The notes beneath the pieces were generated by a model. That model was not told where the DNA came from. It searched no databases and saw nothing but the letters and a program-made list of their open reading frames with translations. Below are positions 44,564 through 55,925 of a stretch of DNA of 64,000 nucleotides, piece by piece. Numbering within the stretch: position 1 is the stretch's first letter; the number at the start of each line of letters is the position of its first letter. The stretch is from Eledone cirrhosa. Its lineage: Eukaryota. The stretch is taken from NCBI GenBank assembly GCA_964016885.1, contig OZ024742.1, positions 370,264,001 through 370,328,000 on the forward strand. Direction: 5' to 3'. The position numbers were made by a program, and so were the translations under genes.

Positions 44564-45500
44564 AATAATGTTTCTACTTTTGGCACAAGGTCAGTAATTA
44601 CCCCAGTGTATTACCGGTACATTATTTTAACAGCGGGATTTGAACTCAGAATGTAAAGGGACGTAACTATGCTGCAAAGCATGGCGTCCGACCCTCTACT
44701 GATTCTGCCAATCCACCTAATAATAATAAGTTTGATTTAGGCTCAAGGCCAGCAATGTTAGGGGAGGGGAAATTAAAACTCCAGTGTATTACTGGTACTT
44801 CATTTTATAGACCTCGTAATGATGAAAGGCAGAGCTAACCTTGACAGGATTTGAACTCAGAAGATAAAGGGCTATAACTATGCCGCTAAACATGCCTGAC
44901 GCTCTACCGATTCTGACAAACCACAGGAATAACAATAATAATTGTTTCTATTTTAGGCACAAGGCCAGCAATTACCCAGTGTATTACTGGTACTTTATTT
45001 TATCGACCCCGTAAGGATGAAAGGCAAAGTTAACCTCGACGGGATTTGAACTCAGATTGTAAAGGGACGTAACTCTATGCTGGAAAGCATGGTGTCCAAC
45101 TCTCTACCAATACTGCCAATCCACAATAATAATGATTTCCAATTTTAGGCACAAGGCCAACAATCTGAAGGGAAAGTTGATTAAATCAACCCCAGTACAT
45201 TACTGGTGCGTAAGGATGAAAGGCAAAGCTAACTTCAGTGAGATTTGAACAGAGAATGTGAAGGGCCATAACTCTACCATGAAGCTTGATGTCTGATGTT
45301 ATGAGGGTAGTGGACTGGCAGTGATTGGTAGGGCATCACAAATAACAACAATGCTTTCTGATTTAGGCACAAGGTCAACAATTTGGAGGGAGGGGAAAGT
45401 TGATTAAATCGACCCCAGTGTATTACTGCTACTTCATTTTATAGACTCAGAATGCAGTGAGTTGGAACAAATACGGAAGCATTTTTAATCCTGCACCATT
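44564..45500 (-). mobile_element. Head-to-tail cluster of ~5 SINE copies (second family) separated by (AAT)n
   Basis: Repeated module tttaggcacaagg...ccagtgtattactggtac...ggatgaaaggcaaag...ggatttgaactcaga...ctctacc starting ~44564, 44720, 44930, 45126 and 45341. Confidence 0.8.
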
Positions 45501-45765
45501 ATGACGATGACGACCACCGCCGCCACCACCACCACCACCACCATGATACTTGCATGGTACTTAATGATTGAACCTTGAACAGGTCTCTCAATTGTTCAGT
45601 GTTAGCCAACTGACATCACCATAAACCACACCAAGACAATCACACGCCCCTCCCACAACCACCTTTCTATAAGTTGTCATTACCAGTAAAAACTAAATAT
45701 CAGTGATAACTCCACTTCACTCATCCTCTACTATTATGTTCAGGTTGTGGCCTGTTTTTCTATAA

Positions 45766-47901
45766 TTCCCTCCTTCAGACATATTCCACCGTCAGACATG
45801 TTGTTCCACCTTCAGACATGTTGTTCCACCGTCAGACATGTTCCCACCTTCAGACATGTTCCACCTTCAGACATGTTGTTCCACCCTCAGACATGTTCCA
45901 CCTTCAGACATGTTCCACCTTCAGACATGTTCCCACCTTCAGACATGTTCCCACCTTCAGACATGTTCCACCTTCAGACATGTTCCACCTTCAGACATGT
46001 TCCACCGTCAGACATGTTATTCCACCGTCAGACATGTTCCCTCCTTCAGACATGTTGTCCCACCGTCAGACATGTTGTCCCACCTTCAGACATGTTGCTC
46101 CACCTTCAGACATGTTGCTCCACCTTCAGACATGTTCCACCGTCAGACGTTATTCCACCGTCAGACATGTTCCCTCCTTCAGACATGTTGTCCCACCGTC
46201 AGACATGTTGTCCCACCGTCAGACATGTTGTTCCACCGTCAGACATGTTGTTCCACCTTCAGACATGTCCCACCGTCAGACATGTCCCACCTTCAGACAT
46301 GTTGTCCCACCTTCAGACATGTTGTTCCACCTTCAGACATGTTGTTCCACCTTCAGACATGTTGTCCCACCGTCAGACATGTCCCACATTCAGACATGTT
46401 GTCCCACCTTCAGACATGTTCCCACCTTCAGACATGTTGTTCCCACCTTCAGACATGTTGTTCCCACCCTCAGACATGTTGTTCCCACCCTCAGACATGT
46501 TGTTCCACCTTCAGACATGTCCCACCGTCAGACATGTTGTCCCACCTTCAGACATGTTGTCCCACCTTCAGACATGTCCCACCTTCAGACATGTTGTCCC
46601 ACCTTCAGACATGTTGTTCCACCTTCAGACATGTCCCACCTTCAGACATGTTGTCCCACCTTCAGACATGTTGTCCCACCGTCAGACATGTTGTCCCACC
46701 GTCAGACATGTTGTCCCACCGTCAGACATGTTGTTCTACCGTCAGACATGTTGTTCCACCGTCAGACATGTTCCACCGTCAGACATGTTGTCCCACCTTC
46801 AGACATGTTGTTCCACCTTCAGACATGTTGTCCCACCGTCAGACATGTTCCACCGTCAGACATGTTATTCCACCGTCAGACATGTTCCCTCCTTCAGACA
46901 TGTTGTCCCACCTTCAGACATGTTGTCCCACCGTCAGACATGTTCTACCTTCAGACATGTTGTTCCCACCTTCAGACATGTTCCCACCCTCAGACATGTT
47001 GTTCCCACCTTCAGACATGTTGTTCCCACCTTCAGACATGTTGTTCCCACCTTCAGACATGTTCCCACCTTCAGACATATTCCCACCTTCAGACATGTTC
47101 CCAACTTCAGACATGTTGTTCCCACCTTCAGACATGTTGTTCCCACCTTCAGACATGTTGTTCCACCGTCAGACATGTTCCCACCTTCAGACATGTTGTT
47201 CCCACCTTCAGACATGTTGTTCCCACCTTCAGACATGTTGTTCCACTGTCAGACATGTTCCCACCCTCAGACATGTTGTTCCCACCTTCAGACATGTTGT
47301 TCCCACCTTCAGACATGTTGTTCCCACCCTCAGACATGTTGTTCCCACCTTCAGACATGTTCCCACCTTCAGACATGTTGTTCCCACCTTCAGACATGTT
47401 GTTCCCACCTTCAGACATGTTGTTCCCACCTTCAGACATGTTCCCACCCTCAGACATGTTGTTCCCACCTTCAGACATGTTCCCACCCTCAGACATGTTG
47501 TTCCCACCTTCAGACATGTTCCACCTTCAGACATGTTGTTCCCACCTTCAGACATGTTCCCACCCTCAGACATGTTGTTCCCACCTTCAGACATGTTGTT
47601 CCCACCTTCAGACATGTTGTTCCCACCTTCAGACATGTTCCCACCTTCAGACATGTTGTTCCCACCTTCAGACATGTTCCCACCCTCAGACATGTTGTTC
47701 CCACCTTCAGACATGTTCCCACCTTCAGACATGTTGTTCCCACCTTCAGGCATGTTGTTCCCACCTTCAGACATATTGTTCCCACCCTCAGACATGTTCC
47801 CACCCTCAGACATGCTGTTCCCACCCTCAGACATGTTCCCACCCTCAGACATGTTGTTCCCACCCTCAGACATGTTCCCACCCTCAGACATGTTGTTCCC
47901 A
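45766..47901. repeat. Minisatellite D: 17-21-bp unit CCACC(T/G/C)TCAGACATGTT(GTT)C, ~110 copies
   Basis: Continuous tandem array with central palindrome ACATGT; no stop codons in any + frame. Confidence 0.97.
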
Positions 47902-47936
47902 GCTTTAGAAGCACCAACTACAGGCCTTACATATTA

Positions 47937-48290
47937 GGGTGGTGGATTGGTAGAATTGGTAGAGTGTTGGACAACAAGTTTCACAGCATACAATTATGGC
48001 CCTTTACATCCTTCATTCAAATCCCACTGAGGTTAGCTTTGCTCTTCATCCAAAGGGGGTTGATAAAATAAAGTACCAGTAATACACTGGGGTTGATAAA
48101 ATAAAGTACCAGTAATACACTGGGGTCGATAAAATAAAGTACCAGTAATACACTGGGGTCGATAAAATAAAGTACCAGTAATACACTGGGGGCGATAAAA
48201 TAAAGTACCAGTCATACACTGGGGGTGATTTAATCCACTTTCTCCTTCCCCCAAAATGTTGGCCATGTGCCTAAATCAGAAACAATTATT
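47937..48290 (+). mobile_element. Full-length-like SINE (second family) with internal 33-bp tandem repeat x5
   Basis: Head gggtggtggattggtagaattggtagag; degenerate B box ttcaaatccc; unit ggggtYgataaaataaagtaccagtaatacact at 48056-48225; 3' end gtgcctaaatcagaaacaattatt. Confidence 0.8.
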
Positions 48291-48321
48291 ACACACATCA
48301 TCTCACTTCCCTCTTAATTCC

Positions 48322-48580
48322 TTACACATATACACACATCTACATATACACATATACACACATCCACACATACACACATCTACATATACACATATACATA
48401 CATTTACATCTACACACACACATATCTACACACACACACATATCTACACACACACATATCTACACATACACATATCTACACATACACATATCTACACATA
48501 CACATATCTACATATACACATATCTACATATACACATATCTACATATACATACATCTACATCTACACATTACACATCTAT
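48322..48580. repeat. Degenerate (CA)/(CATA)/(CATCTA) microsatellite
   Basis: Directly visible. Confidence 0.85.
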
Positions 48581-48584
48581 GAAG

Positions 48585-48913
48585 ATTTCTAGGGGTTCCC
48601 ACCCGTCAACGACCTACTGTCCATTTGGTAAAAGCGATTCTCTTGTATTCAATTCTACAACTTTGAAACTCTGAGCCTGAGATATATTTATTGTCATAGC
48701 AAAACTGGTTCTAACAGGGAACTGAAGTCTTGAGAATGTGAATGGCAGCTTGGGAAGGAAGGGATAAGAGTAATCTTGGGAATAAATGCATTTCCTCCTT
48801 GATTACCTCCAAGAATAGTGACCTCTAGGAGATGTCATCATCCTTATAGCTGCAAAGTGTTTGTCACTGCATAGAAGTGGTTGGTCCATGTTTCTCAAAA
48901 CGATGATGGAAGT
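48585..48913 (-). pseudogene. Helitron RepHel / PIF1-family helicase C-terminal remnant (frameshifted)
   Basis: Manual minus-strand translation: SIIVLRNMDQPLLC ... HLLEVTILGG...AFIPKITLIPS / KLPFTFSRLQFPVRTSFAMTINISQAQSFKVV...NGQ* / RVG. This matches the PIF1 consensus LLRNLD..LCNG / IPRI / QFPVRLAFAMTINKSQGQS / HGQLYVA.SRV. Confidence 0.85.
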
Positions 48914-49437
48914 TAAAATCTTTTATATTATATGTAGATATAGATATAAATGTATAGATAATTGTATATAAGTGTGTGTGCGTGCACACACATGTGTAAA
49001 CCAGCGTCAGAATTGTGTGTTTAATTCTCTATGTATCTGATTAAGTGAAGATGTGTGTGTATGTAACTTACTAAGACGTAATATACACGCAAACGCACAC
49101 ACTCACAGACACATACACAGACACACACACACAAAATGTGACGCCGTCATGTTATAAAATATCCATTTACTTGTCTAAGGTGTGGCAGATAATGTTTAGA
49201 GAACTCAATGCAGTGTTGTTGTGGTAGATTCATCAAGGTAATGCTTTCAATCCTTAAGTTTTTGTGGTAAGCATCAATCACATAAGGTATTTTCAAAGAA
49301 TGTATACAGGCTACAGAGTGTTATCAAATATTGGTACTAAATATACATGGTGATATAACCACTAACTGGTGTTCCATCATTCAATTTACCATGATCAATC
49401 TCTCAAACTATTGTAAAACAATGAAATACTCTTAACT

Positions 49438-49597
49438 TAACGAAAAACATGGGTGGAGGTGCTGAGAGCAAACCTCAGATCGCTGAAGCTCACGGAGGAG
49501 ATGACGAAGGACCGTGACAAGTGGAGAGATGCTGTGCTGAATAGGACCCATTCCACCCTTGCAAGCAGGGAAAAGTGGACATATGATAATGATGATC
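49438..49597 (+). mobile_element. RTE LINE extreme 3' end
   Basis: RKTWVEVLRANLRSLKLTEEMTKDRDKWRDAV followed by cccttgcaagcagggaaaagtggacatatgataatgatgat. Confidence 0.8.
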
Positions 49598-49974
49598 TGA
49601 CTTATTTTATTTTCATTGTTCAAAATATACACACTAATATTTTCTATCAATTTCCTGACACACCATCTTCCATTTCCTATTATTTACAGAGAACAGTTCA
49701 CTGTGAGGAGATGATTGTTTACTGCTCAAAACAGAACAAAGTATCACAGTTCAAATACAGAGCAATGTTCTGTATTGTATTAAGAAAGCCTCACTTCCTC
49801 ATATCATCTCTGTTAATGTTGAACTTTCATTCTCCCCCACCCTGTTTATACCAACCTCACATCATCCTTCATTCCCTACAGTTTCCTTATTTACACCAAG
49901 CCCCCTCCCCTCACATTAATGTCTCCCCAAACTAATAAGTACACACTGAGCACCCTAGTGTTGTAATGATGTAT

Positions 49975-50220
49975 TGCTAGTACCATCATAAAATGCACCC
50001 AGTAAGGTGGTCAACAGTTGTCACAATAAATAACACCCAACCCACCCTATAAGGTGATAGTACAGGCGTCATAATAAAATGCTCCCAGTACACACTGTAA
50101 GGTGGTTGGCATTAGAAAAAGCATCCAGCTGTTGAAATCCAAGCCCAAAATGGAATGTATGAGCATGACATGGTTGACTGATTTGCCTAGCCTCATACTT
50201 TGACAGCCTGTAGACATGTT
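49975..50220 (+). mobile_element. Degenerate RTE-tailed SINE fragments
   Basis: aaaatgcacccagt..., ccagtacacactgtaaggtggttggcattagaaaaagcatccagctgttgaaa. Confidence 0.6.
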
Positions 50221-50251
50221 AAAATTATATGTAATTTTATTTATATATGGA

Positions 50252-50558
50252 ATCATCATCATCAACTTTTAACATCCGTGTTCCACGCTTGCATGGGTTT
50301 GGACGGGGGTTTTCCCACTTGAGGCAAGAGTGATTATCTTGCTCGCATAGGACTGTCTGGCGGGTTTTCTACAGCTGGATGCCCTTCCTAACACCAACCA
50401 CATTTACAGTGTGGGTCTGGGAGGTTTTTACTGTGTTGCCTACATGGCCACATTACAGCGTGGACTGTGTTTTTTTTGTCGTGACACCTACACGATCTCA
50501 TTTGTTTCGGCCTGGATGTTGTGGCACCAACATAACTTTACATAGAAGGGGGCGGTGT
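50252..50558 (-). mobile_element. RTE-tailed SINE copy (reverse), paralogous to 42650-42965
   Basis: (atc)n, ttttaacatccgtgttccacgcttgcatgggtttggacggg ... ctacagctggatgcccttcctaacaccaaccac. Confidence 0.75.
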
Positions 50559-50699
50559 GGATGGGGTGGGGGTGGTGGGACAGGGGTGTATTTTGTTAGA
50601 GAAATACAATTTGATAGAAAATAAATTTAGATTGAGAAGAAAAAAAATGGAATGTAAAATAGGAAAATATAAAGAAAAAAAGAACCCCTGTGATAATAC

Positions 50700-50930
50700 A
50701 AGTAGCCAAAATGGGGTTCCTCTGAAGGGCCTTTCCAGTAACGTTAATAGAGTACGTAACTCGGAGATGAGAAAGTCACTCGAGGTAGAACTACTACTTC
50801 TTCGAATTGAGAAATTACAGCTCTGATACTCGGGACATATGATTACAATTGGAAAGAATTGATGTACAAATTTTATGGGCAAAATCAACTGGCAGGAGAC
50901 CCGAGTGTTTGTGGACTCTGCCCTCATAAC
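50700..50930 (+). mobile_element. Decayed RTE LINE ORF fragment (second RTE family)
   Basis: RVRNSEMRKSLEVELLLLRIEKLQL*YSGHMI ... TGRRP, resembling the RTE consensus DRVRSS.IR..L.VEPLLLRIERSQLRW.GH..RM...GRRP. Confidence 0.75.
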
Positions 50931-51199
50931 CCTCGCAGGAATAAATGGGAGAAGATGTGATGAGACTTATGGTGATGACCCTGATGTGGTGCAAAGATGT
51001 GAAAGTTCAAATATAGTTAAAGTTAGTATTAAGTTTAGATGCACACTTTAACACATGGGGAAAGGAAGCCAGTGTATCAATGAAATTGAGTGACAAGTTA
51101 GATATTGGTCTGAGATAGATACTAAAAGTAAAGGTGATGATAAACTGGAGGTTACAGAATTTAGCAACTCTCTAGTCTGGCCTAGCTTGTGACAACCTC

Positions 51200-51922
51200 T
51201 CTAATGCTGGTGCCACAATATAATATGCACCCAGTACACTCTCCAAAGAGGTTGTTAATAACATGGTAATATGTACCCGGTCCATTTTGTAAAGTGGTAG
51301 TAGTGCTGATGCCACAACAAATGCACCCAACACACTCTGTAAGGCAGTTGTCAAGTTGACATTAAGAAGGGCAGCCAGTTTATTTTCCATGCCTGCATGG
51401 GTTAGATAGGTTGTCCTGTATTTAGGCTATACTAGTCCAGTGATCAATTCTTTCTCATACACTGTTTTGGGGTTGGTTTCTATGCCAACCACTTTACGCT
51501 GTGGACTGGGTTTTTTTTTCATGACATTAGCATTACAGGGTTGTCTGGCTGCTTTGTATTGTGCACCATCACTACCATTTGAAGGAGTGGGTCGGGTCAA
51601 TTATCATTCAAAGTCCATTTTCTACACTTGCATATGTTAGATGGGTTGTCACGTTATGAGACCAATCAGGTCCAGAGGCTAAGTCAGGCTCACAAGGATC
51701 TGTATTCTGGTTTGGTTTCTACAGTTGGATGCCCTTACTATTGCCAACCACATTGCAGAGAGGATTCGGTGCTTTTTATCCTCATTATATGCAGTGGAGG
51801 TGAGGTATGTGATGGCGGTCTCTTCTCTTCAGATTTGAGAAGACACCCGGGAAGGAACCTTTTGCCCAACCAATGCCAGCACGGAAAAAAACAGACATAG
51901 AATGATCATCATGATGATGATG
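51200..51922. mobile_element. Nested degenerate RTE-tailed SINE fragments in both orientations
   Basis: ggtgccac...gcacccagtacactct (+), ttccatgcctgcatgggttaga (-), tttctacagttggatgccctta (-), and a tail ending gatgatgatg at ~51920. Confidence 0.6.
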
Positions 51923-52249
51923 GACCGAAAACTGTTAAATAGAAATGATGCCCAGAAATATCTATATGGGAATCCATGGAGTGGTGGTCAGGGTGCATAT
52001 AGATACATGAAGGAAATATATTCAAAAATTGATACCTTCGTACTTCAGCTTGGAGCCAACAATTTCATGGTGAACTGAACTATAGAGAACTTTCAATAAC
52101 AATTTCTTGCAGAAGACATGAGGTCTTTAAAATTTTCAATTATGAAATCACATTTGCATATACACGCATACACGCACATGCATGTATATGGACATGTGCA
52201 TGCAAATGTGTGTGCAACGTGTTTATGAATATGTATGCAAATGTAACTG

Positions 52250-52371
52250 TGTGTGTATACATATGTAGCTATGTATATACATATATATATATACACACAC
52301 GTGTGTATATACATAGCTACATATGTATACACACACACACATACATGTGTGTATATGCATAGCTACATATG

Positions 52372-52423
<52 letters not shown>

Positions 52424-52459
52424 TGTGTGTCTGGGTGTGTATATATACATATGTATCTC

Positions 52460-52505
<46 letters not shown>

Positions 52506-52515
52506 TATGTATGTG
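52250..52515. repeat. (TA)n/(CA)n compound microsatellite
   Basis: Directly visible. Confidence 0.9.
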
Positions 52516-52887
52516 TTTAACAAAGCAGCAGAAAATATATATATATGTTAATGATGGAGAGTTAGTTCCAGATGTTAGAATATTCAGTTTTTCTCCAACT
52601 AAACAATATATACATTAACTGAACTGGCATTATTTTAATTCTTCCCAGTCTCTGCTATGCCAACATAGCTTATTATTAGCTCAGCTTTTTATAAAATAAA
52701 TCAATTTTCTCAAGTCAGCTGGCAAGAATATAAGGTAAAGTTTATATTTTCTTTGTTACATAGGTGCTCGTTATATAGGTATGGTTGAGAAGTTCATTCT
52801 ACAACAGTGGGGTTTCAAGTTCTTGTGTCACATCTTGGCCATCTCCTACTATATATAAGATTTGGGGTCATGAATGCCTTCTGAGTT

Positions 52888-53662
52888 AATTTGAGCAAAA
52901 CACTTCATTTCACGTTGCACCAGAATATTTAACTGAAAATGAGTACCAGTAATAGCTAGGGGTTTAACCCTGTGATGGACTAGTGTCTTGTACTTTCAGT
53001 CACTTAACACAGCAGAAACCAGGATAAGCACCGGCCCGATGAGCTTCCAGTCTTGTGAGACTTTAACACTGTAATGGACTCGTGTCCTGTACTCTCAGTC
53101 ACTTAACACCAATGAAACTAAGACAGACTTTAACTCTGTAATGGACTGGTGTCCTGTCCAGGGGGTAGTCTTGTACTCTCAGTCACTTAACACCAATGAA
53201 ACTAAGACAGACTTTAACTCTGTAGTGGACTGGTGTCCTGTCCAGGGGGAAGTCTTGTACTCTCAGTCACTTAACACCAATGAAACTAAGACAGACTTTA
53301 ACTCTGTAATGGACTGGTGTCCTGTCCAGGGGGTAGTCTTGTACTCTCAGTCACTTAACACCAATGAAACTAAGACAGACTTTAACTCTGTAATGGACTC
53401 GTGTCCTGTCCAGGGGATAGTCTTGTACTCTCAGTCACTTCACACCAATGAAACTAAGACAGACTTTAACACTGTAATGGACTGGTGTCCTGTCCAGGGG
53501 GTAGTCTTGTACTCTCTGTCACTTAACACCAATGAAACTAAGACAGACTTTAACACTGTAATGGACTGGTGTCCTGTCCAGGGGGTAGTCTTGTACTCTC
53601 TGTCAATGCCATAGAAACCAGGCTAAGCACCAGCTTGAGTCTCCAGTCTTGAGAGACTTAAT
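52888..53662 (+). mobile_element. SINE body whose V-domain-like segment is amplified as an 84-bp tandem repeat (~6.5 copies)
   Basis: ttgagcaaaacacttcatttcacgttgc...aaatgagtaccag...aaccctgtgatggactag; unit starts at 53141, 53225, 53309, 53393, 53477 and 53561; exits via gaaaccaggctaagcacc, matching 53016. Confidence 0.8.
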
Positions 53663-54078
53663 CCATCACTGTATCTTTTGCAAGTAGTTTTGCCAAACAA
53701 GTAGAACACAATATTTGATTTACTTCCTTATTACCATTAGCTTTACTGTCCCCCCATTTCAGCCATTTAATTATAAACCACCCCTACCCCCACCATGCTA
53801 TAGCTTCACACTCCTTACACCTATTTCCTCGTTACCTAGCAACTCCATGAAAATATGGCTAAAATTGTTTTGCCCTCCTCTATGCTTGGTTTGGCCAAAT
53901 ATAAACTGCCCTCTTAAGATGCCAAATTTTTTCTTTTTCCCCTAAAATTGTTCCTATGTGTATAATCTGATGAAATATTAATTACTCTCCTAAATTTTAC
54001 TCTTTCCTGTTATTCTCATTGATTTAAAAGTATTTACATTAAAAATCATTGACATTTTTAGATGCCATTATAGTATCA

Positions 54079-54250
54079 GTAGAGGGTCGGACGCCAGGCT
54101 TTGCAGTATAGAGTTACGGCCCTTTATGGTCCGAGTTCAAATCCCGCCGAGGTTAACTTTGCCTTTCATCCTTACGGGGTCGATAAAATAAAGTACCAGT
54201 AATACACTGGTATAATTGCTGGCCTTGTGCCAAAAGTAGAAACAATTATT
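54079..54250 (+). mobile_element. Well-preserved SINE copy (second family)
   Basis: B box GAGTTCAAATCC, gaggttaactttgcctttcatccttacggggtcgataaaataaagtaccag, 3' ttgtgccaaaagtagaaacaattatt; near-identical to the reverse complement of 44940-45110. Confidence 0.85.
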
Positions 54251-54289
54251 TATATTTAATCATAAAAATAACATTCTTTTAGGCCCATT

Positions 54290-54607
54290 TATTTTTGAGA
54301 GGGTTGTGGGGTCAGTCGTCAGGCACACCCCTTACAGGGTCCTATTTTTGAGAGGGTTGTGGGGTCAGTCCTCAGACACTCCTTACAGGGTCCTATTTTT
54401 GAGAGGGTTGTGGGGTCAGGCGTCAGGCACACCCCTTACTGGGTCCTATTTTTGAGAGGGTTGTGGGGTCAGTCGTCAGGCACACTCCTTACAGGGTCCT
54501 AATTTTGAGAGGGTTGTGGGGTTAGTCAGGCACTCCCTTACAGGGGTCCTATTTTTGAGAGGGTTGTGGGATCAGTCGTCAAGCACTCCCCTTACAGGGG
54601 TCCTATT
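54290..54607. repeat. 50-53-bp minisatellite, 6 copies
   Basis: gagagggttgtggg at 54297, 54350, 54401, 54454, 54507 and 54557. Confidence 0.93.
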
Positions 54608-54639
54608 CAGAAGCAATCATTTTCAAGTGAGACCAACTG

Positions 54640-55060
54640 AACTTATGGATGTTTTTCAACCATCCTGCTCATGGTCTCCTTCTGGTTAACTTTACCTGTA
54701 AAATCTGTCCAGCAATTCTTTCCTTAGACATTCTGACCACATGTCTGTCGTATCAGAGCTGTGATCTCTTGCTGTAGACAAGTAGTGGCTCTACCTGACA
54801 ACTCCATCTCGAAGCTACACACACTTTCAAGTAACATTATTACAAAAAACCTTCAGATTTGCAATCTTTTGGTCGATACCCAAGATTCATGGCCACATGT
54901 AAGAGTAGCCACAAACACCAAATTGAAGAAAACAAATTTGGTTTTTACACCTCTCTCTCCTCATCTGACTCAGTACTGAAGCTGGCACATTATTACACCA
55001 ACTCCATCACTTATAGATGTTGCCCAGATATACTCAAACCCCCTCACCTGCTTCAGTGTA
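54640..55060 (-). mobile_element. Decayed RTE LINE RT/C-terminal fragment (not in ORF track)
   Basis: Manual minus translation: TLKQVRGFEYIWATSISDG ... KTKFVFFNLVFVATLTCGHESWVSTKR ... KRSQL*YDRHVVRMSKERIAGQIL...RRRP*AGWL, resembling RTE QV..FKYLG / PTLTYGHESW / RSQLRW.GHV.RM. Confidence 0.8.
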
Positions 55061-55138
55061 ACTCCACTCACATGTAGAGTGCACTAACTCGACTCACATG
55101 TAGAGTGCACTAACTCCACTCACATGTAGAGTGCACTA
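55059..55138. repeat. 26-bp tandem repeat x3 (ACTCCACTCACATGTAGAGTGCACTA)
   Basis: Three adjacent copies; each contains a CACTC/GAGTG stem around ACATGT and the palindrome AGTGCACT. Confidence 0.9.
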
Positions 55139-55607
55139 CACAGGCTTTCTGATATAACCCTTGCTAAAAACCTCACAATGCAGGTTTGTGGTAGATGAGT
55201 TAGTTTGGTTTAGTAATTTAAAAACAAAAAACGTGTAGTTTATGTGGTATTTGTAGAGAGGACACCTACACATGTGACATACCACTGTTAGCAGGACAGT
55301 CAGTAGAGAGAGGTGGATAGCACCCCTCAACATACTTCACTGGACCAGGGTTAGGTTTAGAAACAAATGACAGTAAAATGTCTATTCTGCAACTCCACCT
55401 TAAAAATTATTACAAATGAGACTAGCTAGCCAGAATGCTCCAAATGGCCCCACTCCTCTGCTAAAGCCAGGAGACATGGCTTTCAGAAATAGCTAGGAAA
55501 ACCTAGGAAAGTTATCTTCTATGCCTGGTCTAACATCCCAGGGTGAGAACAGCTGATTATTTCATACCATAATCAGTTACAGTCATACAGGTGTACAGTA
55601 ATTAACC

Positions 55608-55679
55608 TATATATACACACATATACATAAACACACACCCACACATATATATATACACACACATTTATATGTTAAAATA

Positions 55680-55738
<59 letters not shown>

Positions 55739-55924
55739 TTATATGTAAACATATATATATATATACACATTTATATGTAAACATATATATATACACATTT
55801 ATATGTGGCTAAATGGTTTGTTTTACAATCATTAAGGCCACAGTATACATAGACACATACACGCACATGTATATATAGACACTCACACACATTTATATAT
55901 AGACACACACACACACATACATAT
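55608..55924. repeat. (TA)n/(CA)n microsatellite mix
   Basis: Directly visible. Confidence 0.85.
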
Positions 55925-55925
55925 A

